Shown here piece by piece: positions 35,424 through 45,706 of a DNA stretch of 64,000 nt (position 1 is the first letter of the stretch; each line of letters starts with the position of its first letter). Below the pieces are notes generated by a model. That model worked only from the letters and a program-made list of their open reading frames with translations, was not told where the DNA came from and did not search any database. Source of the DNA: a virus. The stretch spans positions 7,083 through 71,082 of the IMG/VR virus record IMGVR_UViG_3300031344_000007; one strand, written 5' to 3'. The position numbers and the translations under genes are program-made.

Positions 35424-35492
35424 AATGTATTTATATTTAAATAACTTTTCAAAAAATCTTAGTATTTATAAAAAAATATAAAAATTTATAAA

Positions 35493-38400
35493 ATGGCTGA
35501 ACCAGCAAAAAATAAAGGAACTGTATATCAAGAACTCAATAAAATGATGAATCTTGATGGGTTTGGTTTTCAAGATAATCAACCTACAAGTGTAATGCAA
35601 CAAGCATCCGCACCACCATCAGAAAAATCTAAAATAATTATTAAGGGTAATAGTCCTGAAGAAATTCATAAAAAGGGTTTAGAGTTAGAACAGAAAAGAG
35701 AACTTCAAAATAAATTTTTTAGAACAACTGATAGGGGTTTTCAAAAAGCACTTCAATATGAAGCAGCAAGATTACCTGCATACATGGATTATGAAGGGAT
35801 GGAATATTATCCTATTATCAGCAGTGCGTTAGATTTATTCATGGAAGAAGCAACTACAATTGGTTTCAATGGTAAAATGTTAAATATATATTCCAATAAA
35901 GAAAGAATAAAAATGTTGTTAGAGGAATTTTTTTATGATATAGTAAATGTTAATGTTAATTTACCATTCTGGGTAAGAAATACACCAATTAAATATGATA
36001 GTATTATCCCATTATTGAGTGGTGAAGAAATCACAATAAAAGAATTATCAGAAAGATTAAAGAAAAACCCAAAGGATGAAATTTGGACTTATTCAATTCA
36101 AGATAAAACAAATAAAATAGTTGCTGGTAAAATAGTTTGGTGTGATTTAACTAGAAAAGATAGTGATATATTAAAAATTACTTTCGATGATGGTACATAT
36201 GTTGAAACAACACCAGACCATGAATATATGCTTAGAAATGGTTCATATTTAAGAGCAGATAAATTAAATGCTGGTTCTAGTTTAATGCCATTTTATACAT
36301 TAACAAGTAATGAGGCTAATTATATTTCTGGATACGAAAAAGTTTATAATCCAGCATCAAATCATCATGTATTTACCCATAGAATTGTTGCACAAGAATG
36401 TGTTATTAATTTAGATGAAGAGAATAGAATAAAAGAAGATTTTGTTACACACCATGTTGATTTTAATAAAAAGAATAATAGTCCTTCAAATTTATTAAGA
36501 ATGACAAATGCTGAACATGGTAATTATCATGCTAAACTAGGTAATGTGGGAAAAATTATATTACAAAGAGAAGATGTAAGAAAAAATAGAATGTTAGGTA
36601 TTGATAAATATTTACGTTCAGAAAAAAGAAAAAAAAGATTATCAAAAGAAATGTTAGGAATTTACCCAACTTATTTTGATAAATATAATAACAGTCCATT
36701 ACATGATGAACATAATATTATTCGTAAGAATAAAATGACAGAATTGTGGTTAGATGAAAATTATCAGAATAAAGTAAAAGATAAGATGCAATTAAAATTA
36801 AATGATAATTGTTTAAAACATATAGTTAATATTTTGGGTCGTAGTAAGACATATATTGGATGTGCTAATTTAGGAAAAGAATTAATGAAAGATGCTCAAT
36901 TCATGCTATTATTTAAATCATCTAATCCTAATATTAGAAAAAATTTAAATAAATCATTAAGTAGTACTACATTATATAAACTTATATTTAGAAAAACGCA
37001 AATGAAATATTGTGATTTTGTGTCAAGTATTAATCCTAAGATAATTAATGAAACAAATTTTAAAAGAGCAAATGCTATTTCAAATAAATCTAATATAAAA
37101 GCATCATCAATATTAAATCATAAAGTATTATCGATTGAAAAAATTGATGAAAAATGCGATGTTTATTGTATGGAAGTTGTTGGCAAAAACAATGAGCAAG
37201 ATAGACATAATTTTCCTGTTTGTAGTAAAAATGAAAACGGTGAATATACCAGAAATGGTGTCTTTCTTTCGAATTGTAAATATGGCGATAATTTCGTCCT
37301 ATTATATGGTGAACGTAAAAAAGGTATTACTCATGTGAAACAATTAGTTAATTACGAAATTGAAAGATTTGAAAGAATTCAAAATGGTAAACCATTGGTT
37401 AAATTCAAAGAAAGAATGACTGGTGACGAATTTAATGTTTTTGAAATTGCTCATTTTCGACTTTTAGGTGATGATAAATATTTACCTTATGGAAGTTCTA
37501 TTTTAAATAAAGTTCGCAGAGTTTTTAGACAACTTGTAATGGCAGAAGATGCCATGCTTACATATCGTATTATTCGTGCTGGTGAAAAGAAAGTATTTAA
37601 AATTGATGTTGGAAATATTGATGAGGATGATATTGAAGAATATATTTATAAAGTTGCTACAAAATTTAAAAAATCAGCACAAGTAAATCCAAATGATGGT
37701 CAGATTGATTATCGTTTTAATATACTTGGTAATGATGAAGATTATTTTATTCCAGTTAGAAATGCAAATACTGAAACTGGTATTGATACATTACCCGGTG
37801 CAACTAACCTAGATGCTATACAAGATATTGAGTATCTGAGAGATAACCTTTTCATCGGACTTGGGATTCCAAAACCTTTTTTATCATTTCAAGATGCTGC
37901 AGGTGCAGGTAAAAATATGGCACAATATGATATTAGATTTTCAAAAAAAATAAATCGTATTCAACAAGCCATAATTCAAGAATTGAATAAAATGGCAATG
38001 GTTCATTTATATTTATTAGGATATACTGGCGAAGATTTAAGTAGTTTTACACTTACGCTCACAAATCCAAGTACTCAACAAGAATTATTAAAGTCTGAAT
38101 TAATGCGTGATAAAGCACAAACATATACTGAATTAACACGTGCTGAAGGTGGTATTGCAGCTATGTCACATACTACTGCAAAACGTATGATTTTCAATAT
38201 GAGTGATAAAGCTATTGTTGATGATTTGAAACAACAAAAAATGGAAAAAGTTGTTATGCAAGAACTTCAAGATTCTCCAGTTACAATTAAAAAATCTGGT
38301 TTGTTTACTGATATTGATAAACGTTTTGGTTCACCAGAAGAAATGCCAATATCTGGTGCAACTGCTGGTGGTGCTCTTCCTTCTGCTGGTGGTGGAACTG

Positions 38401-38816
38401 GTGCTCCACCTGCTGGTGGTGCTCTTCCTTCTGCTGGTGGTGGAACTGGTGCTCCACCTGCTGGTGGTGCTCTTCCTTCTGCTGGTGGTATAAATGGTGG
38501 TGGAGCAACAGGTGGTGCTGAAACAATGATGGAAAATAAAAAAAATAAATTAAGTGAAGAAGATTTTAATAAACATATTGAAAAATTAGTATATGGAAGT
38601 AGTAAGGAAACTGAAATTAAAAAAGAAACTGAACATACACAAATTATTCAAGAAAATAATGAAATTAATGATTATTTGAACAACAAAGCATTGAATATGG
38701 TTAACGAAATTACTAATTTATTAGAAAATCATGAAAGTATAAATACAGAACAAAAAAATATTGAAATACAAGATACTGAAATTATGGATATTGAAAACAT
38801 TGATTTAAACGAATAA
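35493..38816 (+). CDS. Portal protein (T4 gp20-like) with intein
   Basis: DYEGME.YPIISSALD, CKYGD, EDAMLTYRIIRA.EKKVFKIDVGN, EDYFIPVR, DTLPG. Confidence 0.92.
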   Translation: MAEPAKNKGTVYQELNKMMNLDGFGFQDNQPTSVMQQASAPPSEKSKIIIKGNSPEEIHKKGLELEQKRELQNKFFRTTDRGFQKALQYEAARLPAYMDYEGMEYYPIISSALDLFMEEATTIGFNGKMLNIYSNKERIKMLLEEFFYDIVNVNVNLPFWVRNTPIKYDSIIPLLSGEEITIKELSERLKKNPKDEIWTYSIQDKTNKIVAGKIVWCDLTRKDSDILKITFDDGTYVETTPDHEYMLRNGSYLRADKLNAGSSLMPFYTLTSNEANYISGYEKVYNPASNHHVFTHRIVAQECVINLDEENRIKEDFVTHHVDFNKKNNSPSNLLRMTNAEHGNYHAKLGNVGKIILQREDVRKNRMLGIDKYLRSEKRKKRLSKEMLGIYPTYFDKYNNSPLHDEHNIIRKNKMTELWLDENYQNKVKDKMQLKLNDNCLKHIVNILGRSKTYIGCANLGKELMKDAQFMLLFKSSNPNIRKNLNKSLSSTTLYKLIFRKTQMKYCDFVSSINPKIINETNFKRANAISNKSNIKASSILNHKVLSIEKIDEKCDVYCMEVVGKNNEQDRHNFPVCSKNENGEYTRNGVFLSNCKYGDNFVLLYGERKKGITHVKQLVNYEIERFERIQNGKPLVKFKERMTGDEFNVFEIAHFRLLGDDKYLPYGSSILNKVRRVFRQLVMAEDAMLTYRIIRAGEKKVFKIDVGNIDEDDIEEYIYKVATKFKKSAQVNPNDGQIDYRFNILGNDEDYFIPVRNANTETGIDTLPGATNLDAIQDIEYLRDNLFIGLGIPKPFLSFQDAAGAGKNMAQYDIRFSKKINRIQQAIIQELNKMAMVHLYLLGYTGEDLSSFTLTLTNPSTQQELLKSELMRDKAQTYTELTRAEGGIAAMSHTTAKRMIFNMSDKAIVDDLKQQKMEKVVMQELQDSPVTIKKSGLFTDIDKRFGSPEEMPISGATAGGALPSAGGGTGAPPAGGALPSAGGGTGAPPAGGALPSAGGINGGGATGGAETMMENKKNKLSEEDFNKHIEKLVYGSSKETEIKKETEHTQIIQENNEINDYLNNKALNMVNEITNLLENHESINTEQKNIEIQDTEIMDIENIDLNE
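35985..37274 (+). mobile_element. Intein with HNH endonuclease, Pro1 (class-3-like)
   Basis: WVRNT|PIKYDSIIPLLSG...TTPDH...HHVDFNKKNN...VYCMEV...VFLSN|CKYGD. Confidence 0.85.
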
Positions 38817-38897
38817 TTTAGATATATTATTTATATATTGCATGATGATAACATTTACAATTAATTTTAGTATTTATTATAAATCGAATAATATCAT

Positions 38898-39686
38898 ATG
38901 AAAAACGCCAACATAGGAGTAGTTAATTTAATAATTTCAAACAAATTAAAAGATTCTTATTTTAATGATAAATTGATTGAAGAATCTAAAAAAATTGCTT
39001 TTGATTTTCTTGATATAATCAAAAGTTCTCCAATTTTACAATTAGAATTTAAAGTGTTTAATAATATGGAAAATAAACACATTGAAAATGATGTTGCTGC
39101 AACTCGTTATATAGATAATAATATTAAATTATTTGAAGTTTATACTATTCAAGAAATTGATGCTGCGCATGAAAAGTTGACTACTTTGTATGAAGAAGTT
39201 CCCGCATTTTACGGTCAAACAGAACAAGATAAACTTAAATTATATGAAGCAATAGATAATTTAATTAGAGAATCTCTCCAAGATTATGATAATATTAATG
39301 TTGATAATTTACATGAATCATTTACTTTAGTTTTAAATCATATAAAAACACAAAGGAAATCATTAATTGAAAATGTTGAAGTAAAACCTATTGATGAAAA
39401 TGTTATTGAAATTGCAGTAAATAAATTTAATGAAAAATATGAATCATTGGATGAAAATGATAGAAATTTACTTACAACTCTTATTAAATCAAATGATATA
39501 AGCAAAAAAATACTTCTTGAAACTTATAAAACTGAAACTCTTACTATTTTAGAAAGCATATATAAAGATAATGCTAAAGATAGTGTTGTAAATGCTATTC
39601 AAAAAATAAAAGAAATGATTTATAAACAAGAAAATGTTGATGATAATATTATCAGCTTGCATGAACTAAAAAAAGAATTACTTTAA
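38898..39686 (+). CDS. Hypothetical head-region protein
   Basis: 262 aa, directly after the portal gene. Confidence 0.6.
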   Translation: MKNANIGVVNLIISNKLKDSYFNDKLIEESKKIAFDFLDIIKSSPILQLEFKVFNNMENKHIENDVAATRYIDNNIKLFEVYTIQEIDAAHEKLTTLYEEVPAFYGQTEQDKLKLYEAIDNLIRESLQDYDNINVDNLHESFTLVLNHIKTQRKSLIENVEVKPIDENVIEIAVNKFNEKYESLDENDRNLLTTLIKSNDISKKILLETYKTETLTILESIYKDNAKDSVVNAIQKIKEMIYKQENVDDNIISLHELKKELL

Positions 39687-40507
39687 GTTCTAAGATGTGT
39701 TTCATCTACTTGAGCTTGATAAGAATCAAAAGGTAATTTCATTCCCAATTCATCATAACCAAAATTATTATATAAGAATTTAAATATACTTAATACATAA
39801 TTAACTCCTTCTAATTCAGAACCGGGTTTATGTTTCGATGCATTTTGTATTGATGTACTGTAAGAAGGGGTACAAGGGAGGTGTTCACCTCTACTATAAC
39901 CAAATAATGTGCTACTTGCAGTACCTTTAGTGAAATTATCTGAAATATATTTCATATAAACAAATTGTGCCTTAATCATTATTTTAGGATTATCACAAAT
40001 ATTTTGATGTAAAAATGGTCTATTTTTTGGTCCATCTTGCCAATTTATATAACTACTTGGCAAATTAGGATTACTTAAAAAACCAATAGTAAGTGCATCT
40101 TTTTCTAATTGAGAAAAGAAATTCTTATTAACTTTAAATATTTGGTCATAAACTGTTGGCATAATAAATTGACTAATTCCTCCTGCAGTACTTACAACTT
40201 TTTCATTTTCAGCAACATAATTCCACACCTTATATGCAGATTCTTGATATGCTTGTGCTGCAATAATGTTTGGGTCTATTTTATATAAACCGCCAAATTC
40301 ATTAAGCCAATTAATTAATGCTTCACCTAATTGTTGATTTGTTTTAATATTTCCATTAATATTTGGATTTGATGTCCAAGATTTATTTATTTTTGGGTCG
40401 CTATCAGGTAAAGGTCCATTATTTCCAACCAATAATGAGTTACCTGTTCCATTACATGCATTACGAATAAATGTTTTACCTTTTTCAGTTAATGATGTTT
40501 TTGCCAT
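39683..40507 (-). CDS. Lytic transglycosylase (SLT-like)
   Basis: IIAAQAYQES and AGGISQF motifs. Confidence 0.7.
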   Translation of the reverse strand: MAKTSLTEKGKTFIRNACNGTGNSLLVGNNGPLPDSDPKINKSWTSNPNINGNIKTNQQLGEALINWLNEFGGLYKIDPNIIAAQAYQESAYKVWNYVAENEKVVSTAGGISQFIMPTVYDQIFKVNKNFFSQLEKDALTIGFLSNPNLPSSYINWQDGPKNRPFLHQNICDNPKIMIKAQFVYMKYISDNFTKGTASSTLFGYSRGEHLPCTPSYSTSIQNASKHKPGSELEGVNYVLSIFKFLYNNFGYDELGMKLPFDSYQAQVDETHLRT

Positions 40508-40508
40508 A

Positions 40509-43500
40509 TTATGATATTTTAAGTGTATACATTGAATTATATTTTGTTTGTGGAATATCTGTTAAAAGTGCTCCTTGTACAATTTGACCTGCAGATAAAT
40601 TACTAATATCTTCATCAATACCTACAAATGCTACTGGATTTAGTACACGAGGTACTGGATATTTTAATATTTTAACTCCAGAAAATTCTGTCATCATTTT
40701 ATTTGGAGTAATTGTATGTTCAACACTTAATATGATATATGCGCCATTAAATAATGGAACATTTTCAATTTGAAAATATTGTGTAGGTTGAATTGTTGCA
40801 TTACCCATTGAAGTAATGGTTGCTTTATATGACCTATTTTCATATAAATTATATAGATTTTGACCTTTTGGTGTTGGTGCTTCTACTTTATTATCTCCGG
40901 CAAGTCTTGCAAGAATATTAATTGATTCGTTTGTGTCCGTATATTCTTTACTATCAATTTTTATATTAGTAAACATCGATTGATTTTGTTCACCAAATCT
41001 AACTCTAAATGCACGTACTTGTTGCCAAGGAAATGTTGGATTTTTTATTTCTTGGTCTTGTTTTGTATTATTGTTGTTATCTTTATTATTAATTGAATTA
41101 AAATCTGGAACACCCGGATGAAGTAAATCAATAACACCATCATTTACAAATCCATTAGTTTCTGGACTTGATGTTGATGGATAACAAGATGAACCACCAA
41201 TATACATACACACAAATGCACTTGAAGTTTTTAAAGTGGGAATACTTGTGGTTATTCTAAATGAATCCTCCCAACCTTTATTATCAGCAAATGACATGAA
41301 ATTTTGAAGTGGAAAAAATTCAAAACCATTGGCGGATAATAATTGTGATAATACACTAAAAACAGAAACATTATTGTCTTCAAATAATTGTGGAAGTAAT
41401 TCAGCATTAATCATTGTATCACCAATAGGATTCATTGCTCTATCAACAAATGCAAATGAATCAATTAAATCTTTTCCCGCATCATTATATGGATATCCAG
41501 TAGTTGTTTCAGTAGGACTTGTTAACCATTTATCATTTATATTTTTAAACGAATAATATGTTTGTGTTATAATATCAATATCTCCCTTTATTTTATCTTG
41601 TTTATCCTTTTCTTCTTTTGTTTTATCATTTATTGTAAGAATTTCGCTATTTAATTTTTTGAAAAAAATACTAAAAAATTTATCATTTATTTTTTTTGTA
41701 TTAGGCTTGTTATTTTTTGTTTTAAGTGAAATATAACCAGCATTATAAGTAGTATCCATTTTAAAAGTAATTTGACTAAATATAACAATATTTTTTCTGG
41801 TAATTAATGGTGTAATTATATTATCGCAATATTGTCCATGTGCTAAAGCTGGCAAATTTTCTGAATTTGGGTTTAATAATACATCATATGCGGTTTTTAA
41901 GTCTCTGTATATAAAATGTGTAACACCATTATGAGCTTCATTATATAATTTTATAACTGATGATGATAATGATGAGTATCCTTGAGGATTAGAATAAAAT
42001 AAATTAAATTCATTTTTAAAAATTGCTTTATCTTTTGCTGATAAATATAATTTAACATCGTGTAAATCTGCAGCAATATAAATTCCATGTTCTTGAATAG
42101 TTTTACCACTACCAACAGTAAAAAAATTATTAATAGTATTAACCCAAGGAGGATATGTATCACCACCTTCAATTGCATCAATTAATGCTCCAATATATAT
42201 TGGTAAATAAGCTGGAACTTCAATTACAGCAGTATTGCCAAAAATTATTTCATTTAATCCAATTGTTAAATTAAATGGTCCAAGAGTATATCCAAAATTT
42301 GATACAAACATTAGTGCGCTTAAACGTGATTGAGTATTTATTATATCATTAAATATTTCAACATCATGTTGTGATAAAATATTAGTCCAGACATTAAAAA
42401 TACTTTCATTATAATTAAGATTTGATGCTGGAAAATTTGATGTTCCATTGGGAGCAAGAGCAATATTACCATTAGCTAACATATTATTATACTGTGTTAT
42501 TATACTACCAAATGAAGTTGCATTACTAAATTTAGCCAAATATCTTGTACCAAAATATATGCCATTGTATATATATTTTGTCTCACCAACATCCTCAATG
42601 TACATTATATTTTCTTGAGTAAATTCAGAATAAAATTGTGGCGGACTGCCATAAAAAATTCTTTCAAAAAAAGAACCCTCTAAATTTGAAATAAAATTAT
42701 CAATAAGATTGCTTGAATTTTCTGTATCAGTTTTATTTTCTCTTTTTTGTATACCTGATGTATATAAATTAACTCCAACAAATCCAGCATTATTTTTATT
42801 TGTATATGCCAATCCATTCATATCATCAGTTGGTGTTATTGGAAAAGCTACGATACTATTATCAGTAAAATTATATAATTTAACACCATTTTCATTTGGC
42901 ATTGTAGCTAAATAATTATAAAAATTTGTAAGGTTTTGTGAAAAATTATTTATGTTGGTTTTTATTAAATCATTTAATTTTGAATTTGGAATTGCTGCAA
43001 GAGATTCGGCTAGATTTACTGCTTCAGAATTAGCATATAAATCAATATATGCATTAGATGCTGTAGTATTTTCAGAAAATTGATATGGAATTGTACCTTG
43101 AGATAAAATATAATACCTTCTTAATAATATTTGAAAAATTTGTGCCAAATTATCAGAAGAAGAAGTAACTATTCCAAAATATGGACTTGTTGGAGATGCA
43201 CCACCAAGTATTGAATCAGATGGAGATACTGGAATCCATTTATATGTTCCATCATCATTTTGTTCAGTTCTCATATTAAGTTCTGCATCAGCATTTTTTT
43301 GCGTTTGAAAACTATCAATAAATTCTTGAACTAATGTTAATTCAGGAAAATTAGCACCACGTTTTTGTAATTCAATTGGTGCAATTCTTTCTTGTGTTGT
43401 ACTAGTTGTTCGAACAATCAATGGAAATGAATAAATATGTTTTCCACTCACATCTGTATTATTATCAGCAATAATATTTTTATCTGGAATATTATTGTGT

Positions 43501-45014
43501 GCTATTTCTGCTAAATTTGAAGTTTTTCTAAGTGTATCAAAAAAAGTATCAACATCGTGTAAAATTATTTTGAATATATTATAAACAGTTGGCAACATTC
43601 CCAAATCTCTTATAATAATATCATTAACCGTATTGTTAATATCTAATGCAAGACTAGTTTTTTGTTTATTTAAATTATTTTTTGTATTATATAAGTTAGT
43701 ATAATAATCAGTAATATCAAGTGTAACATATCTTGTTGATGTGTTTATTTTTGATTCAATATTATATTTATTATAATTATTAATATTGGCATCAGAAATT
43801 TTTATATTTTTTATTGATGATGGTATTATAAGTTTATTGCGATATGAATTTAAAGTATCTTTTAATTTATTAATACGTCCCATATCACCAAGATTTGATG
43901 GTGAAATATTAGTTGCAGCAACATATCCAATATATAATCTCATATTTGAATTAGTTACAATTCCAGATGATGATTGTTTTTTTAACATGTCATCAAATTG
44001 ACTTAAAGAATCAATTTTTTGATAATCAGAATTTTGATTAGGTTGCGTTGCAGGAATTTGTTTTATGTTAGGTGTTATGGATTCTACATATTGTACAATT
44101 AAATATATGGTATTACTATTACTTTTTAATTCTTCATTTTTATTAAATTCATCTAACATTATTATAGCATTATCGATTTCTGCTAATTTTTTAAGTACCA
44201 CATCATAATCTTGACTTACTGGTTGTGTTTTAAATTGTTTATCAATATCTGAATATAAATTTTTTAATTTAAGTATTAATTCAAATGTGGTTGTTGGTGG
44301 AGTCTTTGCTTCAGGATTCATTGATATGTTATTTGTAATTAATGGTACATTTACAATATATCTAAATAATATATCACTTAGTGGTGCAAATGTCATTGCA
44401 ACAAAATCAGCATTAATTACAAAATTACCATTTTCTGCTTGAAATTCTGTCGTATATTTAACAAGATGTAATTTATAAGTTAATGCTTTACCATAGTATC
44501 CTTTAACTGTTAATGTGAACATTGGTGGTGGAAAATCAAATAATACTCGATATGGCGAATTTTTGGTATTGAAAAACGATAATCCTCTTATATCTACGAA
44601 TTGAATTGTAACTTGTGGAACATATGATGAGTTAACAGTTATTTTAATACTTGTAATACCAAAACTTTCAAGAACATCTTTATTACCCATACTACCATCA
44701 TAATAATTTGTGGTAAAATTTAAATAATCAGGATTATTGGATGTATTATCTTGATTCATTCCCATCATATTAATTTTTACCCCATTATCACTTTCTATTG
44801 TTACGTTATTACTATTAAAATTAATAACAGACCTTCCTTTACTTACTGCAGTTAATTCTGCAAAAATAAACATATCTTGATATTGAGGAATACCGTTAAC
44901 GAACGAAACACCATCAATAAGATTAGTATTTATATTTATATCATTAGGTTCTACAAGAATTACATTACCATTGGTTTCTGAATGAGTATCTTTTATTGTA
45001 GGGTCATTTGCCAT
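40509..45014 (-). CDS. Large baseplate/tail-hub-like structural protein
   Basis: 1501 aa; PQVTIQFVDIRG, FTLTVKGYYG; C-terminal MGNATIQPTQYF..GAYIILSVEHTI. Confidence 0.6.
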   Translation of the reverse strand: MANDPTIKDTHSETNGNVILVEPNDININTNLIDGVSFVNGIPQYQDMFIFAELTAVSKGRSVINFNSNNVTIESDNGVKINMMGMNQDNTSNNPDYLNFTTNYYDGSMGNKDVLESFGITSIKITVNSSYVPQVTIQFVDIRGLSFFNTKNSPYRVLFDFPPPMFTLTVKGYYGKALTYKLHLVKYTTEFQAENGNFVINADFVAMTFAPLSDILFRYIVNVPLITNNISMNPEAKTPPTTTFELILKLKNLYSDIDKQFKTQPVSQDYDVVLKKLAEIDNAIIMLDEFNKNEELKSNSNTIYLIVQYVESITPNIKQIPATQPNQNSDYQKIDSLSQFDDMLKKQSSSGIVTNSNMRLYIGYVAATNISPSNLGDMGRINKLKDTLNSYRNKLIIPSSIKNIKISDANINNYNKYNIESKINTSTRYVTLDITDYYTNLYNTKNNLNKQKTSLALDINNTVNDIIIRDLGMLPTVYNIFKIILHDVDTFFDTLRKTSNLAEIAHNNIPDKNIIADNNTDVSGKHIYSFPLIVRTTSTTQERIAPIELQKRGANFPELTLVQEFIDSFQTQKNADAELNMRTEQNDDGTYKWIPVSPSDSILGGASPTSPYFGIVTSSSDNLAQIFQILLRRYYILSQGTIPYQFSENTTASNAYIDLYANSEAVNLAESLAAIPNSKLNDLIKTNINNFSQNLTNFYNYLATMPNENGVKLYNFTDNSIVAFPITPTDDMNGLAYTNKNNAGFVGVNLYTSGIQKRENKTDTENSSNLIDNFISNLEGSFFERIFYGSPPQFYSEFTQENIMYIEDVGETKYIYNGIYFGTRYLAKFSNATSFGSIITQYNNMLANGNIALAPNGTSNFPASNLNYNESIFNVWTNILSQHDVEIFNDIINTQSRLSALMFVSNFGYTLGPFNLTIGLNEIIFGNTAVIEVPAYLPIYIGALIDAIEGGDTYPPWVNTINNFFTVGSGKTIQEHGIYIAADLHDVKLYLSAKDKAIFKNEFNLFYSNPQGYSSLSSSVIKLYNEAHNGVTHFIYRDLKTAYDVLLNPNSENLPALAHGQYCDNIITPLITRKNIVIFSQITFKMDTTYNAGYISLKTKNNKPNTKKINDKFFSIFFKKLNSEILTINDKTKEEKDKQDKIKGDIDIITQTYYSFKNINDKWLTSPTETTTGYPYNDAGKDLIDSFAFVDRAMNPIGDTMINAELLPQLFEDNNVSVFSVLSQLLSANGFEFFPLQNFMSFADNKGWEDSFRITTSIPTLKTSSAFVCMYIGGSSCYPSTSSPETNGFVNDGVIDLLHPGVPDFNSINNKDNNNNTKQDQEIKNPTFPWQQVRAFRVRFGEQNQSMFTNIKIDSKEYTDTNESINILARLAGDNKVEAPTPKGQNLYNLYENRSYKATITSMGNATIQPTQYFQIENVPLFNGAYIILSVEHTITPNKMMTEFSGVKILKYPVPRVLNPVAFVGIDEDISNLSAGQIVQGALLTDIPQTKYNSMYTLKIS

Positions 45015-45106
45015 CTATTAATTTTTTATATAAATACGGAATAACAAAAAATATAAAATTAATAATAACAATCATGTTATTTATACTATTTATTAAAAAC
45101 AAAAAT

Positions 45107-45532
45107 ATGTTAACTCAATCAATATTATTACGGACAATACAAAATGTTTATCCAATATGGGGGGATACTTTTTTTTATTTATTTATTATTTCAGGAATAT
45201 TATTTTTTCCCATAACATTAGTTATAATGAGGGTGTTAAAGAAAAAAAATATGGAAATAAAATTGATACAACAACAACACGTTGCAAAGATTGATATAAT
45301 TAGAAAAGAACATTCAGATACATTGGAAAAAATTAGAGTTGAAATGCTTAAACGTGAAGAAGAAAGAAATCGTCAATGGATAGAATCAGAAAAAGAAACA
45401 CTACATGTATTAAATGGTGTTTCCATATTATTAGATTTAAGTGAAAAAATTGGTAGAGTTGAATCAGATAAAATTTTGAAAAAACTTAATGAAATTCAAA
45501 CACAAGTAATAAAAATAACAACACCAGAATAA
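45107..45532 (+). CDS. Membrane-anchored coiled-coil protein
   Basis: N-terminal TM helix; start adjusted to MLTQS. Confidence 0.55.
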   Translation: MLTQSILLRTIQNVYPIWGDTFFYLFIISGILFFPITLVIMRVLKKKNMEIKLIQQQHVAKIDIIRKEHSDTLEKIRVEMLKREEERNRQWIESEKETLHVLNGVSILLDLSEKIGRVESDKILKKLNEIQTQVIKITTPE

Positions 45533-45706
45533 TCTTTATGTCAAAAAAATTAAATAAACTTAAAGAAATTAAATTACAGGTTAATGATGTATTAATGGAA
45601 TTGGAAACTCAAATATTTATTGAAAATATTAATGATTTCAAGAAAAATATAATTAAAGAAAAAACTTAAAATAGTATTTGAAACTATTTATATAAAAATA
45701 TTTAAC

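Noticed and set aside
38305-38526. Poly-His/Gln ORF
   Set aside because: Antisense of the 48-nt Gly/Ala repeat in the portal C-terminus
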